Part shown: piece by piece, positions 40,730 through 50,783 of the stretch
Position numbering within the stretch: the stretch's first letter is position 1
Layout: each line of letters opens with the position of its first letter
Assembly (NCBI GenBank): GCA_020049805.1
Contig: JAGVLN010000008.1
Span: forward strand, 4,904 to 68,903
Direction of reading: 5' to 3'
Length of the DNA stretch: 64,000 nt
From: Rickettsiales bacterium
GTDB taxonomy: Bacteria > Pseudomonadota > Alphaproteobacteria > Rickettsiales > JABSSG01
The notes under the pieces: generated by a model
The model's input: only the letters and a program-made list of their open reading frames with translations
What the model was told of the DNA's origin: nothing
Databases searched by the model: none
Made by a program: the position numbers and the translations under genes

Positions 40730-42133
40730 ATGAAAAATATATTATTAACAACAACAGCTTTAGCTACTTTGTTTGCAGGTGTTGCTGCAGCTAGTACTAA
40801 ATCTGATGAAGGACTATCTGTTACACTCGGTGGTGAATTCGAAGCACAAGCTGGTTTCAGAAACCAAGCAAGTAAATATTTAAACACAACTCAAACAGGT
40901 TTAAATGCTCTTAACCCAGGGTCAACTGTGCCTGATAACAATACTGTCTTTAAACAAGGGTTAACTCCTGGCAATCAAAACGTAGCATTTGATACTGTAA
41001 CTGCAGTACATGCTTCTGTTAAAAACAAAACTGCTAGCGGTTTAGTTTATGGTGCTCAAATTGGTATTCAAACTACAACACGTAGTCAATTACCAGCAGG
41101 TGATAATGCATTAGATAGAACCTTTATTTTTGTGCAAAATGATATGGGTCGAGTTGAATTGGGTAGTAATAATGCTGTAACTTCAACCATGAGAACTGGT
41201 GCTGATAGCATAGCTCGAGCAACTGGTGGTATTGATGGTCAATGGAAAAATTATGTGAATTTAAGTACATTTGATCCAAATGGTACTCCTTATACAACTG
41301 TAGCAGTGAATTCTAATAACTTTATTTTGAATCCTACTACATACTTGACTAACTATCAAACAAGTGGTACTCCATCTTCTACATTTATGGAAGGTGATGA
41401 AAAGTCACGTAAGATCACTTATTATACTCCAGAATATAATGGTTTCCAAGCTGGTTTAAGCTATACTCCAGATACACGTAACTCTGGTCAAGATTATCTT
41501 AACCAATTAGGCCAAAATTCTTCAGGTATGACTCTTGGGCAATATAATTTACCAACAGCAAAAAATGCAGTTGCTGCTGGTGTTAGCTGGACTGGTAATT
41601 TTGAGAAAAATCAATCACTTAAAATTTCTGCAGTTGGCGAAACAGCAAGTGTGAAAGCAAATGCTCAAGATCAAGTTGCTGGAAATTCATTTAAAAGTGT
41701 GAGATCAGGTATCGTTGGTGCACAATATAATATTGAGAATTTCTCAGTTGCAGGTTCTTATGGTAACCAAGGCAAAAGTATGTATTCAAATGCATATGCT
41801 AGCAGCATGAAAGCTGGTAGCTTCTATACATTAGGTGCTGCTTATGTTCAAGGTCCTGTTGGTGCAAGCTTAACCTATATGAAAAGTACTCAAAATAAAA
41901 ATACTTTGAACGTTGTTTCATTAGGTGTAGATTACCAAGTAGCTCCAGGTTTATTACCATATGCTGAGGTTACATACTTCACTATGAAACAAAAAAATGC
42001 ATATACAGCTCCTAATGCTATGAATGGGGTAGCTGTTAATCCAACTGGTGAGCAAACACAAGCTGGTAATGTTGCTACAAACTTCAAAAACAGTGGTACA
42101 GCCTTTATTCTTGGTACCAGAATCAACTTCTAA
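40730..42133 (+). CDS. outer-membrane porin (beta-barrel), probable major OMP
   Basis: 467 aa. Signal peptide (ALATLFAGVAAAS/TK) and alternating amphipathic beta-strand pattern rich in G/Y/T/N/A. YTPEYNGFQAGLSY porin-like motif and a C-terminal aromatic residue (...GTRINF). Followed by a strong terminator. Confidence 0.7.
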   Translation: MKNILLTTTALATLFAGVAAASTKSDEGLSVTLGGEFEAQAGFRNQASKYLNTTQTGLNALNPGSTVPDNNTVFKQGLTPGNQNVAFDTVTAVHASVKNKTASGLVYGAQIGIQTTTRSQLPAGDNALDRTFIFVQNDMGRVELGSNNAVTSTMRTGADSIARATGGIDGQWKNYVNLSTFDPNGTPYTTVAVNSNNFILNPTTYLTNYQTSGTPSSTFMEGDEKSRKITYYTPEYNGFQAGLSYTPDTRNSGQDYLNQLGQNSSGMTLGQYNLPTAKNAVAAGVSWTGNFEKNQSLKISAVGETASVKANAQDQVAGNSFKSVRSGIVGAQYNIENFSVAGSYGNQGKSMYSNAYASSMKAGSFYTLGAAYVQGPVGASLTYMKSTQNKNTLNVVSLGVDYQVAPGLLPYAEVTYFTMKQKNAYTAPNAMNGVAVNPTGEQTQAGNVATNFKNSGTAFILGTRINF

Positions 42134-42157
42134 TATTTAATATTAGATCTGAAATTT

Positions 42158-42188
42158 AAAGGGCAGCTTCGGTTGCCCTTTATTTTTT
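42158..42188 (+). terminator. rho-independent terminator after the porin gene (possibly bidirectional)
   Basis: aaagggcagc-UUCG-gttgcccttt forms a stem of up to 10 bp with a UUCG tetraloop, followed by atttttt. It lies between the convergent porin and hydrolase genes. Confidence 0.8.
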
Positions 42189-42235
42189 GTTGTAGAAGAG
42201 AATATGAGATACCTGTGGATAAATCTCAATTTATC

Positions 42236-43144
42236 TTAAATTTTTATCCAATTTTCAATAGCTGCATCGAATAACGCTGAATTCTCAAAATGGGGCCAAT
42301 GGCTAGTATTTCCACAATCTATGATTGTGAAATTGGAAGGTTTAGGGTGGGCTTTCCATAATTCTAATGGCACACAATCATAATCTAATTTTCCGCCAAA
42401 AAGAATTACAGGAATGCTTATTTTATCTATATTTATAACTAGGTCATGGTTAGGTAAAAGCGTATCAAATAAATGAGCGCAGATTTTATCGTCAACCTCT
42501 ATATCTTTCCATAATTCTTCTAAAAACTGTCTGGATATATTAAAATCAGCCCAATATCTTGCAGAATTTGCTTCATAAGCATTTAATGAAACTTCTGATT
42601 CAATTGGTTTTTTAATTTTAAGGAAATTCTCTTTACGAATTTTATCATTATTTTTACGTTCTAAGGACGCGTGTTTTTCAAAATAATCATTTGCGTATTG
42701 AATTACATGGTTATTCCAGGCAGGAGGTGATCCTACCATAATAACTCCTTTTATTGCTGGATGTGATCTCTTAGCCGCTTCTAATGCAATAATCCCAAAA
42801 ACTGAATGAGCTAATAATATTAAATTTTTTAATCTTAATAACTCTATAACCCTGAATATATCATCAATAATTTTGTTTATTGTTAAATTATGTGGATTTT
42901 CAAGGCTATGGGTTTCAATCCAATATAAATCGCAAGAATATAGAGTAACCAATTCTTTGAATTTATCAGATAGAGTTCTTTGCATTAATGTACCAATTCC
43001 TATACAAAGGCAAGCTATTTCTTCACTGCCTTGAATAGTTATAGGGTATTCTTTATTATCTAGAGTTATATTAATTTTTTTTACTAGAGGCTCTTTAGAA
43101 TTAGTGTTAGGTTGCATAATAATACTTTGGTTAAAATTCGCCAT
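42236..43144 (-). CDS. alpha/beta-fold hydrolase
   Basis: 302 aa. Nucleophile elbow LLAHSVFG (G/A-H-S-x-G-like) and C-terminal ...GNTSHWPHFE supplying the catalytic His. Substrate unknown. Confidence 0.65.
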   Translation of the reverse strand: MANFNQSIIMQPNTNSKEPLVKKINITLDNKEYPITIQGSEEIACLCIGIGTLMQRTLSDKFKELVTLYSCDLYWIETHSLENPHNLTINKIIDDIFRVIELLRLKNLILLAHSVFGIIALEAAKRSHPAIKGVIMVGSPPAWNNHVIQYANDYFEKHASLERKNNDKIRKENFLKIKKPIESEVSLNAYEANSARYWADFNISRQFLEELWKDIEVDDKICAHLFDTLLPNHDLVINIDKISIPVILFGGKLDYDCVPLELWKAHPKPSNFTIIDCGNTSHWPHFENSALFDAAIENWIKI

Positions 43145-43198
43145 TTGGATAATTTAAAGATAACATATAAAAAATGTCAACTAATTGAGGAACATAAA

Positions 43199-43546
43199 AT
43201 GAACAAAATAATCATTCACCTGGAAGGGTTAATGGTACTAATATTAAGCTTATATATCTATTCAATGTATGGTTTTAGTTGGCGTATATTTGCCTTTTTA
43301 TTCTTTGTGCCTGATATTTTTATGTGTGGTTATTTTATAAATAAAAAGATAGGGGCTATAACTTATAATTTATCTCATAATTACGTTCTTCCGCTTATTT
43401 TAATTAGTGTAGCTCTGTATCTAACACTAAATGACTTCTTAATGGTGGGAATTATATGGGTAGCTCATATAGGCTTCGATCGAATGCTAGGATTTGGTTT
43501 AAAATACCCAACAGGATTTAGAGATACCCATTTACAAAGACTATAG
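43199..43546 (+). CDS. DUF4260-like small membrane protein
   Basis: I prefer the start at MNKIIIHLEGL (ATG 43199). The track's 29-codon extension overlaps the divergent hydrolase gene. Three to four TM segments. The F.PD..M.GY......GA..YN..H....P pattern fits DUF4260 as I recall it. Confidence 0.5.
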   Translation: MNKIIIHLEGLMVLILSLYIYSMYGFSWRIFAFLFFVPDIFMCGYFINKKIGAITYNLSHNYVLPLILISVALYLTLNDFLMVGIIWVAHIGFDRMLGFGLKYPTGFRDTHLQRL

Positions 43547-43557
43547 GCTAATATCTT

Positions 43558-45042
43558 TTACTTTTCTTTGACAGAAAACGGTATAAAGATAGATTGGCCT
43601 TGGCGATTAATCAGCAATAATATGGTTTTTTTACCTGAAGATCTAGCTTTGTTTATAATATCATTAAGTTGTTCAACACTCTTTAAGTTGATTTGATTTG
43701 CTGATACTACAACATCACCAATTTTCAACCCGCGTAGTGACCATTGGGTTTTACGGTTTACTTTAAGTATTATCAAGCCGTTAGCATCTTTAGCAATACC
43801 AAATTTCTTTTTTAAATCATCATTTAGAGCTGCTAAAGTTCCGCCCATCACTTCCTTTGCACCGTATTGTTTCAATTCAGCACCAGGTTCAGCACTTTCT
43901 TCTTCTGGTTGTTCATCTTTACTTTCGATTAAGGTAGCTTTAAGTATCTTCTTATTGCCATTACGAAGTATTGTAACCTCGGTTTCCTTGCCGATAGGGG
44001 ATTCAGCTACTATGCGTGGTAATTTCTTTAGGGAAGTAACTTGTTGATTACCAAAAGCTGTTATCACGTCTCCTACTTCGATACCAGCTTTTTCTGCTGG
44101 GCTATCTTTACCAACTTCAACTACTAAAGCGCCTTGGTCTACACCTATGCCCAAAGATTCAGCTATATCTTCAGTTATTGATTGTATTTTAACGCCTAAT
44201 AACCCTCTAATAACTTTTCCTGTTTTCTTTAACTGCTCAATAACAAGCTTAGCTGTTGAAGAAGGAGTAGCAAAACCGATGCCAATGTTTACTCCAGAAG
44301 GAGAATAGATTGCGGTATTAATACCAATCACTTCACCCTGCATATTAAACATAGGTCCGCCCGAATTTCCACGATTGATTGCAGCATCTGTTTGAATATA
44401 ATTATCAACAATACCTACTGTATTAATATCTCTACCGCTTGCTGAAATAATACCGGCTGTAACAGTGCCTCCTAAACCGAATGGGTTACCGATAGCAATA
44501 ATCCAATCGCCAACCCTTGATTTATCGGAATCACCAAATTGTACAAATGGTAATGGTTTATCGGTTTCTACTTTAAGGAGAGAGAGATCAGTTTTAGCAT
44601 CAAAGCCGACAATTTTAGCTTTAAGTTGTTTACCATCACTAAATTTTACATTGATTTCATCAGCTTCAGCTATTACGTGGTGATTAGTAACAATATAGCC
44701 AGAGCTATCAATTACAAATCCAGAACCAAGTGATACAGCTTTTCTGTCTTCATCTTCTTCGTCAGGAAGCATCGGTTGACCGAATCTCTCAAAAAATTGA
44801 TTAAATTCTTCGAATGGAGATCCTTCTGGAAAAGGCATTGGTCTTCCTTCCCCTGTGTTTTTTGAAGGTTTTTGTACCGTAGAGATATTTACTACAGCAT
44901 AAATAAGAGGTTCAACTAAATCAGCAAAGCCTGGAGGTACTACAGCCGTTGCATAAGCTGTAGCTGTATTAGTTATAATTCCTAATATTATTACTGTTTT
45001 GAATAATTTTTTTTGAAAATGATTTAGGATATTAATTTTCAT
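43558..45042 (-). CDS. degP: periplasmic serine endoprotease DegP/DegQ (HtrA family) with two PDZ domains
   Basis: 494 aa. Signal peptide, catalytic His (TNHHV), Asp (DLSLLK) and Ser (GNSGGP), followed by two PDZ domains. Confidence 0.93.
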   Translation of the reverse strand: MKINILNHFQKKLFKTVIILGIITNTATAYATAVVPPGFADLVEPLIYAVVNISTVQKPSKNTGEGRPMPFPEGSPFEEFNQFFERFGQPMLPDEEDEDRKAVSLGSGFVIDSSGYIVTNHHVIAEADEINVKFSDGKQLKAKIVGFDAKTDLSLLKVETDKPLPFVQFGDSDKSRVGDWIIAIGNPFGLGGTVTAGIISASGRDINTVGIVDNYIQTDAAINRGNSGGPMFNMQGEVIGINTAIYSPSGVNIGIGFATPSSTAKLVIEQLKKTGKVIRGLLGVKIQSITEDIAESLGIGVDQGALVVEVGKDSPAEKAGIEVGDVITAFGNQQVTSLKKLPRIVAESPIGKETEVTILRNGNKKILKATLIESKDEQPEEESAEPGAELKQYGAKEVMGGTLAALNDDLKKKFGIAKDANGLIILKVNRKTQWSLRGLKIGDVVVSANQINLKSVEQLNDIINKARSSGKKTILLLINRQGQSIFIPFSVKEK

Positions 45043-45054
45043 GCACTCACTCTA

Positions 45055-45912
45055 CTAATTATTAAAATAACGTAAGAATTCTCCCTTTGGTGATAATATT
45101 ATAGAAGTATTTTCCTTATTATTAAACGATTTTTTATAGGCTTCTAAAGATCGATAAAAATTATAAAATTCAGGATCAACCTTAAAGGCATCTGCATATA
45201 TTTTTCCTGCAGTAGCATCCCCTTCTCCTTTAAGAATTTGTGCTTCTTTATATGCTTTAGATAAGATTATAGTTCTTTCTTTTTCAGAAGTTGATTGAAT
45301 GATTTGAGCTTCTTCTTCCCCTTGAGCGCGGAATTCTTTTGCTTCTTTTTCACGATCAGCTTGCATTCTTTTATAAATAGCGGCGCTATTTTCATTTGGT
45401 AAATCAGCGCGCAAAATTCTGACATCAACTACATCTATACCAAATTTTAAAGATTCGCGGTTTACGATTTGTTGTATATCCTGCATAATATTAGCTCTAG
45501 CATCACTTAATAAGCTGGATAGGGGCTCCTCTCCAATTACTTGGCGTAGAGAAGAATCTAAGATATTATTAAGTCTAGCTTCTAAACCTTTTACAGTTTT
45601 TACAGTTTGATAAAATTTTAGTGGATCAGTGATCTCGTATTTAGCATAAGCGCTTATAATTACTCTTTTTTGATCTTTAGCTATTAATTCCTTTTCATCA
45701 GCAGTTAAACTTAATAACCTATTATCGAAATACATAACATTTTGAATGAACGGTATTTTAAAATGTAAACCAGGATCTTTCTCTATTCTTTTAGATTCAC
45801 CGAATTGCAAAACAATTGCTTGTTGAGTTTGATCAACAATAAAAAACGAACTTATTAGCAAAATAATAGCTGCAACTGCTAAGATTATATATTTAATATT
45901 CTTATCCTTCAT
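45055..45912 (-). CDS. hflC: protease modulator HflC (SPFH/band-7)
   Basis: 285 aa with an N-terminal TM and an SPFH domain. It overlaps hflK by 11 nt in the canonical hflK-hflC order. Confidence 0.9.
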   Translation of the reverse strand: MKDKNIKYIILAVAAIILLISSFFIVDQTQQAIVLQFGESKRIEKDPGLHFKIPFIQNVMYFDNRLLSLTADEKELIAKDQKRVIISAYAKYEITDPLKFYQTVKTVKGLEARLNNILDSSLRQVIGEEPLSSLLSDARANIMQDIQQIVNRESLKFGIDVVDVRILRADLPNENSAAIYKRMQADREKEAKEFRAQGEEEAQIIQSTSEKERTIILSKAYKEAQILKGEGDATAGKIYADAFKVDPEFYNFYRSLEAYKKSFNNKENTSIILSPKGEFLRYFNN

Positions 45913-47020
45913 TTTCTGTACTGCTACTCACCTTATTATCTTTATTAAGTAATAAATATGGCACTACTGATTTTCCAGCTTCATCACCAATAATAAATTT
46001 TGTTGCGTCTTGAAGAATATCCTCCATTGCTTCAAGATACATCCTTTTTTTAGTTACTTCTTTTGCATTAGCGTATTGCTTATAAATATCAGAAAATCTA
46101 TTAGCTTCTCCTCGAGCTTTTTCAATAACGTTTGATTTATATCCCTCAGCATCTTGAATCATTTTAGCAGCTTCTCCTCGAGCTTTTGGCAAGATATCGT
46201 TACTATAGGCTTCAGCTTGGTTAATTAATCTTTCTTTATCAGCACGTGCAGTTTGTACGTCACGAAATGCATCTATCACTTCTGTTGGTGGGTCAACTTT
46301 CAATAAATGCAGATTTTCTATAATAATGCCGCTTTGATATTTATCTAGAATCTTTTGCAATAGGATTTTAGCTTCTTCCTCGATTTTAGCTCTACCTTCA
46401 GTTTGAGCGGCAGCAATTGGTGTGTTGCCAATTACCTCACGCATTGCGCTTTCTGCAGCACTTTTTACAGTATCTTTAACACTCACCACATTGTATAGAT
46501 AATCTTTTAAATTTGAAATATGCCATTGTACAGAAAAGTTAATATCGACAATATTCTCATCTCCTGTGAGCATTAAACTCTCTTGAGGAATCAAAGCTAA
46601 TTTATCATTACCAGTAATTTTAACATAATTAGCAGCTTTACTATTAGTTGGTACAGAACGGAAGCCTATCTCCTCCTTTTGACTATGTTCTACATTTACA
46701 ACCTGAACTTGTTCAAATGGAGCTGGTAGATGATAATTTGGTCCTGGTGTTGCGATACGTGCAAATTTCCCGAAACGTGTAACGGCTGCTTGTTCGCCTT
46801 CATTCACTATATAAAATCCTGAGAGTAGCCAAAATAATAGAATTATTCCTCCAATAATAGAGAATAAAGCTTTATTTGGAGAATTAAAGAAATTATTTTT
46901 GCCATTAAAAAGATCGCGTAATTTATTAGCGCTTTTCTTTAACCTAGCTTCTATGGTTTCTTCATTAGAAGAATTTGCTGGCTTACCCCAAGGAGATTTA
47001 TAATTTTTATCATCAAACAC
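45902..47020 (-). CDS. hflK: protease modulator HflK (SPFH/band-7)
   Basis: 372 aa. N-terminus ...PWG.P, a TM segment, then an SPFH domain with a coiled-coil C-terminal region. Confidence 0.9.
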   Translation of the reverse strand: MFDDKNYKSPWGKPANSSNEETIEARLKKSANKLRDLFNGKNNFFNSPNKALFSIIGGIILLFWLLSGFYIVNEGEQAAVTRFGKFARIATPGPNYHLPAPFEQVQVVNVEHSQKEEIGFRSVPTNSKAANYVKITGNDKLALIPQESLMLTGDENIVDINFSVQWHISNLKDYLYNVVSVKDTVKSAAESAMREVIGNTPIAAAQTEGRAKIEEEAKILLQKILDKYQSGIIIENLHLLKVDPPTEVIDAFRDVQTARADKERLINQAEAYSNDILPKARGEAAKMIQDAEGYKSNVIEKARGEANRFSDIYKQYANAKEVTKKRMYLEAMEDILQDATKFIIGDEAGKSVVPYLLLNKDNKVSSSTENEG

Positions 47021-47126
47021 TTACTTTTCTCTGTCTTTTCTAATGATTCTTATTTATTTTCAATTATATTCTTAGAGTAGTAACTATATTTACATATATA
47101 AACATTATCTTAGAATTACGCAAGTC

Positions 47127-48170
47127 ATGATCGATATAATTAAAAAAATAAATAACCTGTTATCTAATGTTGAGATTAACAATCAAACTTTGGATTTAAT
47201 TAAATTAAAATATATTGCGGGTGTTAAAGCGAAGGATGGTGAGGTTGGAATTGTATTGAATGTAACCAAGGAAAACCATTTGCAAATTGAAGAAATACAA
47301 AAGGTAGTGACAAACTTAGTAAAAGATTTACCGCAAGTAAAAAAAGTAAATATAGTGTTAACTGGTGATCAAGAATATAAATTAGTTAAGCAGCCTATAG
47401 CGGTAACTAAACAAAAAATTATTTTACCTGGGGTAAAAAAAATTATTGCTGTTGCTTCAGGCAAAGGAGGAGTAGGTAAATCTACTACGGCAGTAAATTT
47501 AGCACTTGCTTTAGCACAGCAGGGATACAAGGTTGGTTTAGCTGATGCCGATATTTATGGTCCATCAATTCCTACGCTGTTAGGGATTAAACAAAAACCC
47601 GAATCTCAAGAGCAAAAGATAATTCCGATTGATAAATACGGAATAAAAACTATGTCCATAGGATACTTAATACCAGAAGCAGCAGCTCTTGCTTGGCGAG
47701 GGGCTATGGTAGTTAAGGCTTTGTATCAAGTATTACATGGCACTAGATGGGGAGATTTAGACTTTTTAATTATTGATATGCCTCCAGGAACTGGAGACAT
47801 TCATTTAAGTTTAGCGGAAAATTATAAAATTGATGGTATTGTAATTGTTTCTACTCCACAGAATGTAGCTTTAGCTGACGTTACAAGAGCAATAAGTATG
47901 TATAAAAAAGTCCAAATTCCAATTATTGGATGTGTTGAAAATATGAGCTACTTTCTGGATCCGGCAACTGGTAACAAAAGTTATATTTTTGGCCAGGAGG
48001 GGTTAAAAAAAATAGCTAAAGAGACGGATTTAGCTCTGCTTGCTGAAATCCCTTTAAATATAAAGATCCGTGAGCAAGGCGATTTAGGGCGGTCAGTTAT
48101 GGGAAATGAAGAATTAGCTAAAATATATCTTAATTTAGCAACACAAATTACAAAGGCAATTTATAGTTGA
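47127..48170 (+). CDS. apbC: Fe-S cluster carrier ATPase Mrp/ApbC/NBP35
   Basis: 347 aa. Deviant Walker A VASGKGGVGKST, DADIYGPS, DMPPGTGD and the CVENMS motif. Confidence 0.9.
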   Translation: MIDIIKKINNLLSNVEINNQTLDLIKLKYIAGVKAKDGEVGIVLNVTKENHLQIEEIQKVVTNLVKDLPQVKKVNIVLTGDQEYKLVKQPIAVTKQKIILPGVKKIIAVASGKGGVGKSTTAVNLALALAQQGYKVGLADADIYGPSIPTLLGIKQKPESQEQKIIPIDKYGIKTMSIGYLIPEAAALAWRGAMVVKALYQVLHGTRWGDLDFLIIDMPPGTGDIHLSLAENYKIDGIVIVSTPQNVALADVTRAISMYKKVQIPIIGCVENMSYFLDPATGNKSYIFGQEGLKKIAKETDLALLAEIPLNIKIREQGDLGRSVMGNEELAKIYLNLATQITKAIYS

Positions 48171-48240
48171 GGTTAATTATTGACACCTTAATTAGATACA
48201 TGTTATCAAAATATGAGACAACTTTTTTAATTGGAATTAA

Positions 48241-48942
48241 ATGACTCAAATTTTTTCTGATGCTAGTACAGCCCTTAAAGACATTCTACGTAATGATTTA
48301 ACAATTATGGCTGGAGGTTTTGGGTTATGCGGGGTGCCTGAAAATCTTATCCAAGCAATTTATGATTCTAAAGTTACCGGTTTAACTATTATCAGTAATA
48401 ATTGTGGTACTGATGATGAGGGGTTGGGTATATTATTAAAAAATCGCCAAATTAAGAAAATGATTGGCTCATATGTTGGTGAAAATAAAACTTTTGAGCA
48501 ACATGTTTTAAATGGCGAATTAGAATTAGAACTGAACCCTCAAGGTACGCTGGCTGAAAGAATTCGTGCAGGTGGTGCCGGCATTCCTGCTTTTTTCACT
48601 CCTACAGGTTATGGTACTATTGTTGCAGAAGGCAAGGAAGTGCGTGAATTTAATGGCAAAAAATATATTATGGAGCAAGCTTTATATGCAGATTTAGCGA
48701 TTGTTAAAGGTGATAAAGCAGATAAGGCTGGGAATATGATTTATAATAAAACTGCTAGAAATTTTAATCCAATGATGGCTGCGGCTGCTAAATTTACAGT
48801 AGCTGAAGTTGAGGAAATAGTTGAAACAGGAGAGCTCGATCCGAATTTTATTCATACTCCATGCATTTATGTTCATAGATTGCTTAAAGGTAAAGGCTAT
48901 CGTAAACCTATTGAAAAACTAACAACTAGACCAAGAATTTGA
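48241..48942 (+). CDS. scoA: succinyl-CoA:3-ketoacid CoA-transferase subunit A
   Basis: 233 aa. GGFGLCG.PE, the class I CoA-transferase A-subunit signature. Confidence 0.9.
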   Translation: MTQIFSDASTALKDILRNDLTIMAGGFGLCGVPENLIQAIYDSKVTGLTIISNNCGTDDEGLGILLKNRQIKKMIGSYVGENKTFEQHVLNGELELELNPQGTLAERIRAGGAGIPAFFTPTGYGTIVAEGKEVREFNGKKYIMEQALYADLAIVKGDKADKAGNMIYNKTARNFNPMMAAAAKFTVAEVEEIVETGELDPNFIHTPCIYVHRLLKGKGYRKPIEKLTTRPRI

Positions 48943-48949
48943 GGAAATT

Positions 48950-49582
48950 ATGGCTTGGACTCATGAGCAAATTTGTGCAATTGCTGCTAAACATGAATTG
49001 AAAAATGGTATGTATGTCAACCTCGGTATTGGCATACCCACTGAAGTTGCTAATCATGTACCCGCTGGAATTAAAGTATTGCTGCAAAGTGAAAATGGCA
49101 TGTTAGGTATGGGGCCTTTTCCATACGAAGGTGACCAAGATCCAGACTTAATTAATGCTGGTAAGCAAACTATTACTGAATTGCCCGAATCAAGTTATTT
49201 TAGTAGTGCTGATTCTTTTGCGATGATCAGAGGAGGGCATATTGATTTAACTATCCTAGGTGCTTTGCAGGTTTCGCAAAATGGCGATCTAGCTAATTGG
49301 ACAATACCAGGTAAAATGATGAAAGGTATGGGCGGAGCTATGGATTTAGTAGCTGGTGCTAAGCGAGTGGTAGTGATAATGGATCATGTTGCCAAAAATG
49401 GCGATGCTAAATTAGTTAAGAAATGTACCTTGCCTTTGACTGGAGTAAATGTAGTTAATAGGGTTATTACTAATTTGGCAATTTTTGATTTTATTGATAG
49501 TAAATTATGCTTAAAAGAACTAGCGCCAGAAGTAAGCCTCGAGCAACTTAAAAGCTGCACCGAGGCTGAATTTATTACTTAA
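48950..49582 (+). CDS. scoB: succinyl-CoA:3-ketoacid CoA-transferase subunit B
   Basis: 210 aa. LQSENG.LG (catalytic Glu) and GMGGAMDL. Confidence 0.9.
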   Translation: MAWTHEQICAIAAKHELKNGMYVNLGIGIPTEVANHVPAGIKVLLQSENGMLGMGPFPYEGDQDPDLINAGKQTITELPESSYFSSADSFAMIRGGHIDLTILGALQVSQNGDLANWTIPGKMMKGMGGAMDLVAGAKRVVVIMDHVAKNGDAKLVKKCTLPLTGVNVVNRVITNLAIFDFIDSKLCLKELAPEVSLEQLKSCTEAEFIT

Positions 49583-49591
49583 AATTTTTTA

Positions 49592-50740
49592 TTATCTTCC
49601 TAGCTTCTCTGCTTCTGATAATCTTCCTCGTCTTCTTGCATGTTGATCAGGTGCTTTTTTTGCAGCAGCTGCTGCAGCAGTTGCTAAAGACATTAAGGCA
49701 GTTGTGCCTCTAAGTACTCGGCCTCCTCCCCCAGGTTTTATATATCCTACCATCGGCTCGCCTCCAGCTCCAACCATAGGTACATGCTCTGCTCCACTTG
49801 GAGACTTAAATGATCCATTAGCTGTAGGTTGTAAACGACCTGGTGTTTTAGGAGGAATTCTTGGTAATGCACCAGCCGCTGTACGCATTGGGCTTAATTC
49901 TGCTTCTTCGCTTTCCCATGCAGAGTCTCTCATATTTCTTGCCACATCAGCAAACCCAACGCCTGCTCCTGATCTTCTTCTAGCTCCAATTCTACTTGCT
50001 ATTGAGCCTCCGGTTCCAGGTGTTGTACCGCTACCACCTCTTGCTGGCCTATCATCGCCATGACTACCATGACCTGAATGGACGCTGTCAGTAATTGATC
50101 TGGTAGGAGTACGTTCTCGTCCTCGACGATGTGTTTGTCCTAATTGCGCTTGTAATTGTGCTAATTGTGCTTGTAATTGTGCTACTTGGGGATTTGGTTG
50201 TTGCGGAAATCCATCATTCCTTCCAAAAATATTATGAGCAAAGTTAGTTATAGCATTACTGAACATATACACTGCTCCTACTAAAGCGGAAGTAATAATT
50301 CCAGGTAAACGGTTTGTAATGTATGGCATGTTGCTTTGGAGCATTTCAGTTGTAGCATTTTCCTCATAGTTTGTATGTAGCTCTTCTATTTCTTGTTGTT
50401 GCCCTGGGCTAATTGTACGAGCTGCTGAAGATATTATTAATAAACTTGTTGCTGTGACAGTAGAAGAAAGTAAAGTGCTATATATACTGCCGTTTCTTGA
50501 GGTCATGCTATGCCCATAAACAGCCAAAGAAGTAGCGGCGATCCATGGTAAAGCATCTATAATCATTAAACTTTGTGTAGTTGATAAACCAAGCGATGGA
50601 CCGTAGCTGAGAAGTGAAGCAGGATTAGAAAACGCTGCCCAACCTGCTGCTGCTGTTGTTCCTAAAAAAGCTGCTTGAGCTAGTACTTTAGTTATTGTCC
50701 CTATAGATAAATTTATAGGTAAATTTTGAATTCTTAGCAT
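49592..50740 (-). CDS. unknown polytopic membrane protein, paralog A: conserved N-terminal module, Gln-rich coiled coil and a long GC-rich Gly/Arg/Pro/Ala disordered tail
   Basis: 382 aa. Four hydrophobic segments lie in aa 1-165. AQLQAQLAQLQAQL is at aa 187-200. The tail, aa ~205-382, has RGRER, ARRRSG, GGGG and AAAAAAKK, and ends ARRRGRLSEAEKLGR. The N-terminal module is paralogous to 50784..51521. I recognise no family. Confidence 0.7.
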   Translation of the reverse strand: MLRIQNLPINLSIGTITKVLAQAAFLGTTAAAGWAAFSNPASLLSYGPSLGLSTTQSLMIIDALPWIAATSLAVYGHSMTSRNGSIYSTLLSSTVTATSLLIISSAARTISPGQQQEIEELHTNYEENATTEMLQSNMPYITNRLPGIITSALVGAVYMFSNAITNFAHNIFGRNDGFPQQPNPQVAQLQAQLAQLQAQLGQTHRRGRERTPTRSITDSVHSGHGSHGDDRPARGGSGTTPGTGGSIASRIGARRRSGAGVGFADVARNMRDSAWESEEAELSPMRTAAGALPRIPPKTPGRLQPTANGSFKSPSGAEHVPMVGAGGEPMVGYIKPGGGGRVLRGTTALMSLATAAAAAAKKAPDQHARRRGRLSEAEKLGR

Positions 50741-50750
50741 CTTTAAACCT
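50264..50750 (-). repeat. duplicated module, copy A (N-terminal ~160 codons plus the RBS of paralog A)
   Basis: Aligns with 51057..51531 at an offset of about 793 nt at the 3' ends and 781 nt at the 5' ends (a 4-codon indel). It includes a 54-nt perfectly identical run (50373..50426 = 51166..51219) and an identical aggtttaaagATG start context. Confidence 0.85.
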
Positions 50751-50783
50751 CAATTTTATTTAAATTCATTGTACTTACATTAA

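Noticed and set aside
42236-43546. The alpha/beta hydrolase and DUF4260 pair as an accessory or defence module
   Set aside because: These are two small divergent genes of common families with ordinary composition. There are no nuclease, ATPase or toxin signatures, no repeats and no mobility genes, so nothing supports more than miscellaneous metabolism.
49704-50063. 119-aa plus-strand ORF rich in Pro/Gly/Ala/Leu
   Set aside because: It lies entirely antisense to the GC-rich tail of the 49592..50740 gene. The open frame is the expected by-product of stop-codon depletion in GC-rich sequence. It has no SD and no independent support.
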